Shown here: in pieces, positions 52,513 through 64,000 of the stretch
Position numbering within the stretch: the stretch's first letter is position 1
Layout: each line of letters starts with the position of its first letter
Assembly: GCA_028826165.1 (NCBI GenBank)
Contig: JAPDFW010000069.1
Location: 310,001-374,000, forward strand
Origin: Anaeramoeba ignava BMAN
Lineage: Eukaryota; Protista; Anaeramoebae
Direction: 5' to 3'
Length of the DNA: 64,000 bases
Program-made: the position numbers and the translations under genes
The notes under the pieces: generated by a model
Told to the model about the DNA's origin: nothing
Database searches by the model: none
What the model saw: the letters and a program-made list of their open reading frames with translations, nothing else

Positions 52513-52839
52513 AAATTATTTAAAAAAAAAATACAATTTAGAATTCTTCAAAAAAACAAAACAAAACAAAACAAATTTTATATTTTTTTTAATTAAATCA
52601 ATAATGGTTTTGGAAAAAAGAAAAAAATTTCCAAAATAATTTTCTTTTTTAGATAAAAATAGTTTCATCAAAAAAATTAATTCTTTTTCATTTTTATTTT
52701 GTTTTAAAAAAGAAAAAAAGATAAAATAAATTTTGATTTGTTTCTTGATTAAAAATTAAAAAATTAAAAATGAAAAAAACAAATGAAAAAAAAATGTGAA
52801 AAACTTTCAAAAAAAGAAAAGAAAAGAAAAATATGAAAG

Positions 52840-55800
52840 TTAATCAGAATCAGAAGTTGAAGTTGATTTTGATTTTGATTTAGATTTTGATTTAGATTTT
52901 GATTTTGATTTTGATTTTGATTTTGATTTTGATTTTGATTTTGATTTTGATTTAGATTTTGATTTTGATTTTGATTTTGAATTTGATTTAGATTTAGATT
53001 TTGATTTTGATTTAGATTTTGATTTTGATTTTGAATTTGATTTTGAATTTGATTTTGATTTTGATTTTGATTTTGATTTTGATTTTGATTTTGATTTTGA
53101 TTTTGATTTTGAATCAGACTCAAAACTAGAATCAGAATCACTTCTTTCAACAATTTCCAAAATTTCTTCATCACTTCCAATTTGTTCATCACTTCCAATT
53201 TCTTCAACAAGAATAACATCTTCATCATCATCAGAATAATCAATTTTATCATTAAAATCAACAATTTCTATCATTTCTGAGTCTGAAATAGAAACACTTT
53301 GGATTTTATGAGATTTTTTATCTTTATGTGAATCAATTTCTTCCTGTAAATTAGATTGTTGATCAAGTTCAAAACTCAAATCTTCATCAGTTGTTTCAAC
53401 AATTTCCAAAATTTCTTCATCACTTCCAATTTCTTCATCACTTCCAATTTCTTCAACAAGAATAACATCTCCATCATAATCATTTTCATCGCCATCCACC
53501 AACTCAAAAATCTCTTGCGTTTCATAAAATGAATCAGCTTCATTAACGTAAATAATCTTTTCTTTTTGATGTTTTTTCTTTTCTTGTTTGATTTTTTGTT
53601 TTTCAATTTCAACAAGTTGTTTTTCAACTTGGATTGATTTTGTTATTGAATCAAACCATTCCATCATTTCGGAATTAGAATTGCAACCGAAAATGAAAAC
53701 GCGATCAAAAGTGATGATTTCAAATGCGAATTTTTCTGGGAAATCTTCACTTATTTGTATTGATGATAATTGCAATGATATTTCTTTATGTTCTTTTTGA
53801 TCTTGTGATTTTGAATATTGAAGTTCGTGATTTTCAAGTTGTGCATAAACTGGTGTCCATTTATCGTTAGGATTTGTGTGTGATTTATATAGAATCCCTT
53901 GATGAATTGGGAATGATAATAATGGATAAAGATTTGGTGAATCCAATTTTGTTTCTATTTTAAGTTTGATTCGTTCTTCTGTTTCTTCTTCTTTGTGGAT
54001 TTCTTCCATTTCTATTTTTGATTCTTCGAAAGTATCATCAGATTCAACAAAATCTGAATCATTTGGAACATCTTCATTTGAAGTTGATTTTGATTTTGAT
54101 TTTGATTTTGATTTTGATTTTGATTTTGATTTTGATTTTGATTTTGATTTTGATTTTGATTTTGATTTTTCAATTTGATTTTGATTTTGATTTTGATTTT
54201 GATTTTGATTTTGATTTTGATTTTGATTTTGATTTTGATTTTGATTTTGATTTAGGTTCAATTTTAGGTTCAATTTATGTTCAATTTGAAGTTCAATTTA
54301 GGTTCAATTTTAGGTTCAATTTTTGATTTTCAATTTTAGATTCAATTTTAGGTTCAATTTTATGTTCAATTTTGATTTTCAATTTTGAGTTCAATGTCTT
54401 TTGGAACTTCTTTTTATTTGATTCTCTTTCTTTTGATTTTGAAGATTTTGATTTTGATTTTGATTTTGATTTAGATTTTGATTTAGATTTTGTTTTTGAT
54501 TCAATTTGTTTTGGATTTCAATTTTTTTGATTTGTCTTTTTGATTTATTTGTGTTTTTTGATTTGATTTTGATTTAGATTGATTTAGATTTGAATTTTGA
54601 TTTAGATGTTTCAATTTGTTTTGGTTTTTCAATTTGTTTTGTGTTTCAATTTGTTTTTGAGATTGTCTCATCTTTTATTTTGTTTTTTGAAGTTGAAGTT
54701 CAATTTTTAGGTTCAATTTTAGGATTTTCAATTTTATTTCAATTTTGATTTTGATTTTAGGTTCAATTTTAGGGTTCAATTTTTTTTTTTTATTTTGTTT
54801 TGGTTTTTCAATTTTTTTGGTGTTTTCAATTTGTTTTGGTTTTTCAATTTGTTTTGGTTTTTTTTCATTTGTTTTTGATTTTGATTTTTGATTTAGATTT
54901 TGATTTAGATTTTTTTGATTTTTGATTTTGATTTTGTTTTTGATTTTGATTTTGATTTTGATGTTTCAATTTGTTTTGGTGTTTCAATTTGTTTTGGTGT
55001 TTCAATTTGTTTTGAGATTATCTCATCTTTTATTTGTGTTTTAGGTTCAATTTTAGGTTCAATTTTAGGTTCAATTTTAGGTTCAATTTTAGGTTCAATT
55101 TTAGGTTCAATTTTAGGTTCAATTTTAGGTTCAATTTTTTTCATTTAATTTTATTTTTCTTTCTTCAAATGAAATTGAAGTTGATTTTGATTTTGATTTT
55201 GATTTTGATTTTGATTTTGATTTTGATTTTTCAATTTGTTTTGGGTTTCAATTTGTTTTGGTGTTTCAATTTGTTTTGGTGTTTCAATTTGTTTTGGTTT
55301 TTCAATTTGTTTTGGTGTTTCAATTTGTTTTGGTGTTTCAATTTGTTTTGGGATTGTCTCATCTTTTATTTGTGTTTTAGGTTCAATTTTAGGTTCAATT
55401 TTAGGTTCAATTTTAGGTTCAACTTTAGGTTCAATTTTAGGTTCAATTTTAGGTTCAATTTTAGGTTCAATTTTAGGTTCAATTTTAGGTTCAACCTTTA
55501 TTTCATTTAATTTATTTTTATTATCTTCAGATGAAACTGAAGTTGAAGTTGAAGTTGATTTTGATTTTGATTTTGATTTTGATTTTGATTTTGATTTTGA
55601 TTTTGATTTTGATTTTGATTTTGATTTTGATTTTGATTTTGATTTTGATTTTGATTTTGATTTTGGTTTTGTGTTTCAATTTGTTTTGGTGTTTCAATTT
55701 GTTTTGGTTTTTCAATTTGTTTTGGTTTTTCAATTTGTTTTGGTGTTTCAATTTGTTTTGGTTTTTCAATTTGTTTTGGTGTTTCAATTTGTTTTTGTGT

Positions 55801-58800
55801 TTCAATTTGTTTTGGGATTTTCATTTGTTTTGGTGTTTCATTTTGTTTTGGTTTTAGGTTCAACTTTATTTCAACTTTAGGTTCAATTTTAGGTTCAACT
55901 TTAGGTTCAATTTTAGGTTCAATTTTAGGTTCAATTTTAGGTTCAACTTTAGGTTCAACCTTTATTTCATTTAATTTATTTTTATTATCTTCAGATGAAA
56001 CTGAAGTTGAAGTTGAAGTTGATTTTGATTTTGATTTTGATTTTGATTTTGATTTTGATTTTGATTTTGATTTTGATTTTGATTTTGATTTTGATTTTGA
56101 TTTTGATTTTGATTTTGATTTTGATTTTGATTTTGATTTTGATTTAGATTTTGATTTTGATTTTGATTTTGATTTTGATTTTGATTTAGATTTAGATTTA
56201 GGTTTTTCAATTTGTTTTGGTGTTTCAATTTGTTTTGGTGTTTCAATTTGTTTTGGTTTTTCAATTTGTTTTGGTTTTTCAATTTGTTTTGGTTTTTCAA
56301 TTTGTTTTGGTGTTTCAATTTGTTTTGGTTTTTCAATTTGTTTTGGTTTTTCAATTTGTTTTGGTTTTTCAATTTGTTTTGGTTTTTCAATTTGTTTTGG
56401 TTTTTCAATTTGTTTTGGTTTTTCAACTTGTTTTGGTTTTTGTTCAATTATTTTGTTATCTATTTGCGATTCTTGAATTGGTTTTATTTTTTTTTGATCT
56501 TCTTTTTGTGGTGTTTCTTTTGATTGATCCACTTTTTTTCTATCTTTTGTGAAAAATTTATTCAATTCTTCTTTTGTGACAATTTGTCGTGATCGATCTT
56601 GATTGATATTTTCATTTTTAAAAATTAATTCTGTATTATGAGCTTCTGATTTTGATACCGATACGCTTCTGGCTAATTTTCCTTTTGGAATTTGAGGAAG
56701 TTGTTCAAGTTGAGATTTGAGTTTTGCTTTTGATTTTGATTTTGCTTTTTGTTGCTTTTGTTTTTGCTTTTGTTTCTTTTGCTTTTGTTTCTGTTTTTGT
56801 TTTTCCTTTTGCTTTTGTTGTTTGGATTTTGGTTTATCATCTTTTAATGGAAGCATAACTTCGGCTCCAAATTTAATAGATTTTTTTGATTCTTTATCTT
56901 TTCCACTTTCTGAAGAACTTGTAGTTGATGATGATGTTGATCCTTTTCCTTTTTTGTGATTCTTTTTGTTTGATTTTTTTGCTTTTAGTGTTTTTGCTTT
57001 TGCTTTTGCTTTTGTTTTTGTTTTTGATTCGTTATTTTTTTGATCCTTAATATTTTCTTTCGCATTTTCTTTTATATTTTCTTTATTTTTATTTTTATCT
57101 TTCTCTTTCTCTTCTTTTTGAGGAGATTTTAGTTCTTGATTATTTTGTAAATTTAATTTTTCTTCTTTTCTTTTTTTTTCTTCTTGGTCTAAAAATATCA
57201 TTAAATTTGATCTGATTTGATTTATCCATTCAAGTGCTCCAATCAAGTTTCCTGAAGATAAATAATAAATTCTGTTTTGAGTTTTAATTTGAAACCCTTT
57301 AAGATCAGGAAGCAAGCTGACATTGCATTCCAATAAAGAGAATATAGTTTTTGGGGCTTGATCCTAAATATAAATTAAATATTTTGAAATATTTTGAAAT
57401 ATTTTGAATTATTTTGAATATTTTGAATTATTTTGAAATATTTTAAATATTTTGAATTAATTATTTTGAAATATTTTGAATTATTTGAATTATTTGAATT
57501 ATTTTAAATTATTTTGAAATATTTTGAATTATTTAAATTATTTTAAATTATTTTGAATTATTTTGAATTATTTGAATTATTTTGAATTATTTTAAATTAT
57601 TTTAAAATATTTTGAATTATTTTGAATTATTTTGAATTATTTTGAATTATTTTAAATATTTTGAATTATTTGTTTATAATTACGGATTCTGAACGAAAGA
57701 AATAAAGCTTTTCGTATAATAAAAACACATTCGTGATTTTTGTTTCTTGTGATTGAATTGCTTTATACTGAATCAATGTGTTTTGAAGAGGAGCTTGAAA
57801 TGTTTTTGAACGAATTTCCTTTATTGACAACAATTCATCTGATTTATTGTTATTTTTAAGAAGATCTTTTGAACGGAACTCTTTCTTAATTGAAAGATTT
57901 TCAATAACACCAGAAATAGCATCATCAATCGCAACAATCCAAGATAATTGTTCTTTTGAATTTGAAGCTGCAAGAGTTACTTTAATATTTGATTTCTCGT
58001 TTGACAAGGAAAAAATAAGATCTGGTGCATGTTTGCGACTTTTTTTACTTTCTCCTAATTCTTCAATCATTTCAAGAATTAAATTTCCAGGTAAAAATAT
58101 CCTAGTATAACCATCCAAATCAATTTTATACATAAAACGAAGTTTTGAGCCTGAAATTTTTGCAATCACAAGAAGATCATTGAACATGAAAATTTGAACG
58201 TTTATTGCTTTTGAGCCGCGAATTAATTGCAATTTTCCTTCGCGAACAAATCTTCGACTTGGAGAAGCAATCTTATCCAATCCACTGACTTTATCCTGAA
58301 TCAAAAGCACTTCGTTGAGGTTTTCAGCTTCTCGTTTTTTTTCATTAACATAATTTGCAACTTCTCTGATTTTCTTCAAAGCTTCAGATAAATCAACGTA
58401 GTCAGGATGAGTATCCAATGTATTCTTCAAGAGATCTTCCAAAAGAAGAACATATCTTGGGATCCGTTGGATTGGCATGATTAAATAGGATGTAATTCCT
58501 AACATTTTTGTTTCTGGATTTTTTTTTGCTTTTTCAAGAAAGTTTTGGAAATCTTTATATTTTTTCACAACTGATAAAGTTTGTAATGCATTGTTATAAT
58601 TATTGATATAATCAGTATAAACTTTCAAGAAAGACCCCATCATCTTAAAAACATCTCCAAGCATCGATGTCTCAGACCATCCTTGCCATCTTTGCTCAAT
58701 TTGTATTTGAAGTGCTCTATTGTAATTCAATATAACTTCAACTTGTGAAAATATTGATCGTATTTGTTCTTTTGTTAAAATATTTGTTCCATCTCGAAGT

Positions 58801-61800
58801 GGAATTAGGAAAATATTCACAAGAATTTCTAAACTTTTAACATAGGATTTCTCAGTCTCATAAATTTCTTGTGCAATTTCTCTTCGCTTTTCTTTCATTT
58901 GTTGTTTTTTTTCTTCTGTGATTTCTACTATTGATTTTGTTTCTTTTTCTTGGTTATCTTCAATTTTATTTTCTTTAATTTTGTTTTTATTATCTTCTTC
59001 AATTTTGTTTTTATTATCTTCTTCAATTTTGTTTTTATCTTCTTCAATTTTATTTTTATTATCTTCAATTTTGTTTTTATCTTCTTCAATTTTATTTTTA
59101 TCTTCTTCAATTTTATTATTATTATCTTCTTCAATTTTATTTTTATCTTCTTCAATTTTGTTTTTATCTTCTTCAATTTTGTTTTTATCTTCTTCAATTT
59201 TGTTTTTATCTTCTTCAATTTCATTTTCATTTTCTTCAATTTTATCTTCATTTATTTCTTGTGGTTGATCTTCTTTGTTTTCTTGGAAATTTTTTGATTT
59301 AGAAAGAATATTTGAGTCCATTTTTTGCCTTCTGATTTTTAAAGCTCCTCTTTCAATAACTCTTGCTTTTGATTTTACTGTTCTTCTTTTATAAAGATAA
59401 ATATTACTATTTTCAGCTTCTTTTTTTTGATTTTGAATTTTTTGTTCCCAAACAGATAATTTCAATTTTTGGGGTTGTTTTGGTTTTTCATCTTGAGTTC
59501 CATCATCTAAATCAACAGTTTCCTTTTGTCTTTCTTTTTTTCCTGTTTTTTGCTTTATTTGTTCTTGATTTTTCATTGCTTCTCTAATAAAATGACTTGA
59601 TATTTCATCAATCGCAGTAAAAATATGTTTTTTTTCTTGTCTTGGAGTTTGTTCTTGATATGATAATATTTCTTGTTTATTATCTTCCAAGGAAAGAGTT
59701 TTATTTTTGATTTCATTTTCTTTTTTGATTTCATTTTCTTTTTTAATATTATCTTCTTTTTTGATTTCATTTTCTTTTTTGATATTATCTTCTTTTTTAA
59801 TATTATCTTCTTTTTTAATATTATCTTCTTTTTTAATATTATCTTCTTTTTTCTTTGTTTTTATCACTCGAACATTAGTAACTTTTTTTTGATTTATTTT
59901 TTGCTTTACAAATTGTGTTCTAGCTTTAAAGTTTTGTTCAATTTGTTTTTGTGATGGTGACTTTATTAATGGTTTCGTATCTTTTTTTTCTGTAAATCGA
60001 ATCAAAGACCAAATAACACCAAGAGTTCTTTTAGAATTTCCATCAACAACATCTTTTTTTTTCAATAAAATTTTATTTATAATTATTTAAAATTATTTGA
60101 AATTTTATTTATAATTTTATTTATAATTTTATTTATAATTTAATTTATAATTTTATTTATAATTTTATTTATAATTTTATTTATATTTTTATTTATAATT
60201 TTATTTATATTTTTATTTATAATTTTATTTATAATTTTATTTATAATTTTATTTATAATTTAATTTATAATTTTACTTATAATTTTATTTATAATTTTAT
60301 TTATAATTTTATTTATAATTTAATTTATAATTTAATTTATAATTTTATTTATAATTTTATTTATAATTTAATTTATAATTTAATTTATAATTTTTATTTA
60401 TAATTTTATTTATAATTTTATTTATAATTTTATTTATAATTTAATTTATAATTTAATTTATAATTTTAATTTATAATTTTTTATTTTATAATTTTATTTA
60501 TAATTTTTTTATTTATAATTTTTATTTATAATTTTATTTATAATTTAATTTATAATTTTAATTTATAATTTTATTTATAATTTTATTTATAATTTTATTT
60601 ATAATTTTATTTATAATTTTATTTATAATTTTATTTATAATTTTATTTATAATTTTATTTATAATTTTTATTTATAATTTTTTATTTATAATTTTATTTA
60701 TAATTTTATTTTATAATTTTATTTATAATTTAATTTATAATTTTATTTATAATTTTATTTATAATTTTATTTATAATTTTATTTATAATTTAATTTATAA
60801 TTATTTAAAATTATTTGAAATTTTATTTATAATTTTATTTATAATTTTATTTATAATTTAATTTATAATTTTATTTATAATTTTATTTATAATTTAATTT
60901 ATAATTTATTTATAATTTTATTTATAATTTTATTTATAATTTTATTTATAATTTTTATTTATAATTTTATTTATAATTTAATTTATAATTTTATTTATAA
61001 TTTTATTTATAATTTTATTTATAATTTTATTTATAATTTTATTTATAATTTTATTTATAATTTTATTTTATAATTTTTTATTTATAATTTTTTTTTATTT
61101 ATAATTTAATTTATAATTTTATTTATAATTTTATTTATAATTTTATTTATAATTTTATTTATAATTTTATTTATAATTTTATTTATAATTTTATTTATAA
61201 TTTTATTTATAATTTAATTTATAATTTTATTTATAATTTAATTTATAATTTTATTTATAATTTAATTTATAATTTAATTTATAATTTTATTTATAATTTA
61301 ATTTATAATTTTAATTTATAATTTTAATTTATAATTTTATTTATAATTTTATTTATATTTTTATTTATAATTTTATTTATAATTTTTATTTATAATTTTA
61401 ATTTTATAATTTTATTTATAATTTAATTTTATAATTTTAATTTTATAATTTTTTTAATTTAATTTATAATTTAATTTATAATTTAATTTATAATTTATTT
61501 ATAATTTAATTTTATTTATAATTTAATTTTATAATTTTATTTATAATTTTATTTATAATTTTATTTATAATTTTATTTATAATTTAATTTATAATTTTAT
61601 TTATAATTTTATTTATAATTTTATTTATAATTTTATTTATAATTTTATTTATAATTTTATTTATAATTTTATTTATAATTTTATTTATAATTTTATTTAT
61701 AATTTATTTATAATTTTATTTATAATTTTATTTAATATTTTATTTATAATTTTATTTATTATTTTATTTATAATTTTATTTATAATTTTATTTATAATTT

Positions 61801-62382
61801 TGTTTTATAATTTTATTTATATTTTAATTTATAATTTTATTTATAATTTTATTTATAATTTTATTTATAATTTTATTTATAATTTTATTTATAATTTAAT
61901 TTATAATTTTATTTATAATCAATATTAATAAAAAATTTACCTTCTGGACTGCAAGTTGTTGAAATTCCTTTCTTTTGAAGAAATGTAAAAACGATTGATG
62001 AATTCTCAATTTTTTGGAATCTTAATTTTGGATTTTTTGAATAACGAAAATTCACTCCAAATATTTCTTCAACTAAATTAACTAATAAAACACCATCTTT
62101 AAAATCTGTTTCAATATTATTTACTTCAAGATCTCTTCTATTAAGATATCTGTTTGTCCATTCAGTAAATTTCTTTTTAATTTAATTTTTAATTTTATAT
62201 TTTTTTTTTTATTTTAATTTTGGTTTAACAAACAGAAAAATAAAAGAAATGATCATTTTATATTTTTTATATTTTATATATTTTTTTATATTTTTTTTGC
62301 GTTAAAATTTTAATTTAAATTTTTTTTTTTATTTTTTATTTAAATAATAACTAACTTGAATCTGAATTTGATCCCAACTCAT
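52840..62382 (-). CDS. Large RhoGEF: calponin-homology, DH and PH domains, a repetitive linker and further PH domains; multi-exon
   Basis: Spliced MSWDQIQIQ|KFTEWTNRYL..DFKDGVLLVNLVE..QKIEN..|DVVDGNSKRTLGVIWSLI (CH). RREIAQEIYETEKSYV..YLIMPIQRIPRYVLLL (DH). PH domains ending QLSWIVAI, ALEWINQI and MMEWFDSI. The repeat region 54200-56450 is frameshifted. Confidence 0.8.
60070..61920. repeat. Intronic 12-bp minisatellite (TTTATAATTTTA)n, about 1.85 kb
   Basis: Visible array inside the intron that splits the CH domain. Confidence 0.9.
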
Positions 62383-62731
62383 TTTTAATTAAAAAAAAAA
62401 CAAACAAAAGTTTAGAATTATTAAAATGGAAAAAAAGAAATGGAAATAAAAGGAAAAAAATGAAAAAAAATGAATTCTTTTTGAAAATAATAGAAATAAA
62501 TTTTTTTTTTTAAAAATAAATTTCTTTTGCCATTTAAAAAGCAATTTATTGAAAGAAAAATCTTAAATCAATTTTCGCTTTTTTAGGATTTTAATTTAAA
62601 TGAGAAAATTAGAAATTTTTCTTTTTTCTTTCTTTTTTCTTTCAATTTTTTTTACTAATTTTATTAATAAAAAAAAATTTTTGATTGATTTTTTGTTTTT
62701 TAAAAAAAAAAAGTCAAAATTCATTAATTCA

Positions 62732-63337
62732 TTAATTTGTAAGACTATCATCTGCAAGAGTACCAGAATCTGTTTCAGATTCAGATTCAGATTCAGAACT
62801 TAAATTTGGAGATTTTTTTATTGAAGGTTGATTTTGTTTTATTTGTTGTTTTGGTTTTTCTGAACTTGATTCTGAATCACTTTCTGAATCACTTTCATTT
62901 GATTGTTGAATTTTTTTAAATTTATTTATTTTATTTGAATCTGAATTTGAATCTGAATCTGAATCTGAATCTGAATTTGATTTTGATTTTGATTTTGATT
63001 TTGATTTTGAATTTGATTTTGAATTTGATTTTGATTTTGATTTTGATTTTGATTTTGATTTTAATTTTGAATCAACTTTTATTTTCCTTTTGATTTTTTG
63101 AAAATTTTCTTTTTTATTTTGTATTTCATTTTCAGATTCAGAATCAGTTTCAGATTCAGGATTTGTTTCTACTTTTTTTTTTGTTTCTTCTTTTATTTTT
63201 AATTCTGATTTTTTTTCAGAATTTGATATACTTATTGATTCTGATTGTTTTGAACTATCATTTTTACTTTCATCAGCTTCATATTGATTTTCATTTACTG
63301 AATGTTCAGAAGAATCTGAATTTGTTTGTGAACTCAT
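62732..63337 (-). CDS. Hypothetical low-complexity Ser/Glu/Lys-rich protein
   Basis: 201-aa ORF with AAAATG start context and upstream TTTTCATTTT motifs. No domain recognised; it may be spliced further. Confidence 0.5.
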   Translation of the reverse strand: MSSQTNSDSSEHSVNENQYEADESKNDSSKQSESISISNSEKKSELKIKEETKKKVETNPESETDSESENEIQNKKENFQKIKRKIKVDSKLKSKSKSKSKSKSNSKSNSKSKSKSKSKSNSDSDSDSDSNSDSNKINKFKKIQQSNESDSESDSESSSEKPKQQIKQNQPSIKKSPNLSSESESESETDSGTLADDSLTN

Positions 63338-63585
63338 TTTAAAAATTTAAAGAAAAAGAAAAGAAAAGAAAAGAAAAAGAAAAAAAATGAAAAAATGAAA
63401 TATTTTTTTTTCCTTTTTTTTTTTTAAAATTATTTAAAATTAAAATTTTTTTTTGAGTTAAAAAATGGATTTGGAAAAGAAAAAATAGATCAAAAACAAA
63501 ATTAAATTTTTTTTTCCTTTTTAGATTTGATTTTGGATTGGATTTTCAATTTGGATTTTCATTTTGGATTTTCAATTTGAATTTG

Positions 63586-64000
63586 TTATAAGTTAAAGAA
63601 AGCAATTTTAGTTTTCTTCATATAATTCTCAATAAGAGTAACAAAATCCTTGAGAACAAAAAGAATTATTGCTGAATCTAAAAATGATGTAATAACTTTC
63701 ATTTTATCTAAAAGTTCTGTATTTTTGGATTGATTAGATTCAAAGTGAGTAATCCAAGTGTCAAGGAATTGAGAATTTTCAAAAAGATGAACAATAGTTT
63801 CAACATAATTTGTTGTGTTTTTCCTATTATTTTTTTTTTAATTAAGAAAATAAATATAAAAATAAATATAAAAATAATTATAAATATTTTACATCTTGCT
63901 GCTATATTTTTTAATTGGTTTTGGTTTTGATGATTTTTTCTTGTCTTTATCTTTAATTTCTCCAATAAATTTTAAACTTTTTGATAATTGGTTTTGTAAT
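63586..64000 (-). CDS. 3' end of an unknown protein (5'-partial, last intron about 63892-63824)
   Basis: Spliced frame ...KKYSSKM|KNTTNYVETIVHLFENSQFLDTW...KIAFFNL*, which differs from the frame in the ORF track. Confidence 0.55.

Overview
Extremely AT-rich, gene-dense eukaryotic genomic DNA with GT-AG spliceosomal introns, many filled with simple repeats. The composition, the (AAAATT/AAAATC)n microsatellites, the expanded BTB-domain families and the TCATTT initiator-like motif suggest an anaerobic metamonad protist such as Anaeramoeba (inference). Genes in order: MT-A70 methyltransferase (5'-partial), centrosomin/CM1 coiled-coil protein, gamma-glutamyl hydrolase, LSm6, U6 snRNA plus a partial copy, BTB-TLDc, an alpha-2-macroglobulin-like thioester protein, three RCC1-BTB paralogues, Aquarius helicase, F-box/LRR, type I glutamine synthetase, Kelch-BTB, NSUN2/Trm4, Sin3-like, a CH-DH-PH RhoGEF and two unknowns. 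The best candidate for a new system is the alpha-2-macroglobulin. It has no signal peptide, has an intact GCFEQ thioester motif, and its bait region holds seven divergent ubiquitin-like domains plus one near-canonical ubiquitin ending LRLRGG. It may be a cytosolic deubiquitinase trap, and it sits beside hypervariable RCC1-BTB adaptors. Also notable is an intron made of four tandem intron copies separated by perfect AG|3-nt|GT micro-exons. Several frameshifts look like homopolymer consensus errors. Family assignments come from motif recognition by eye; no searches were run.
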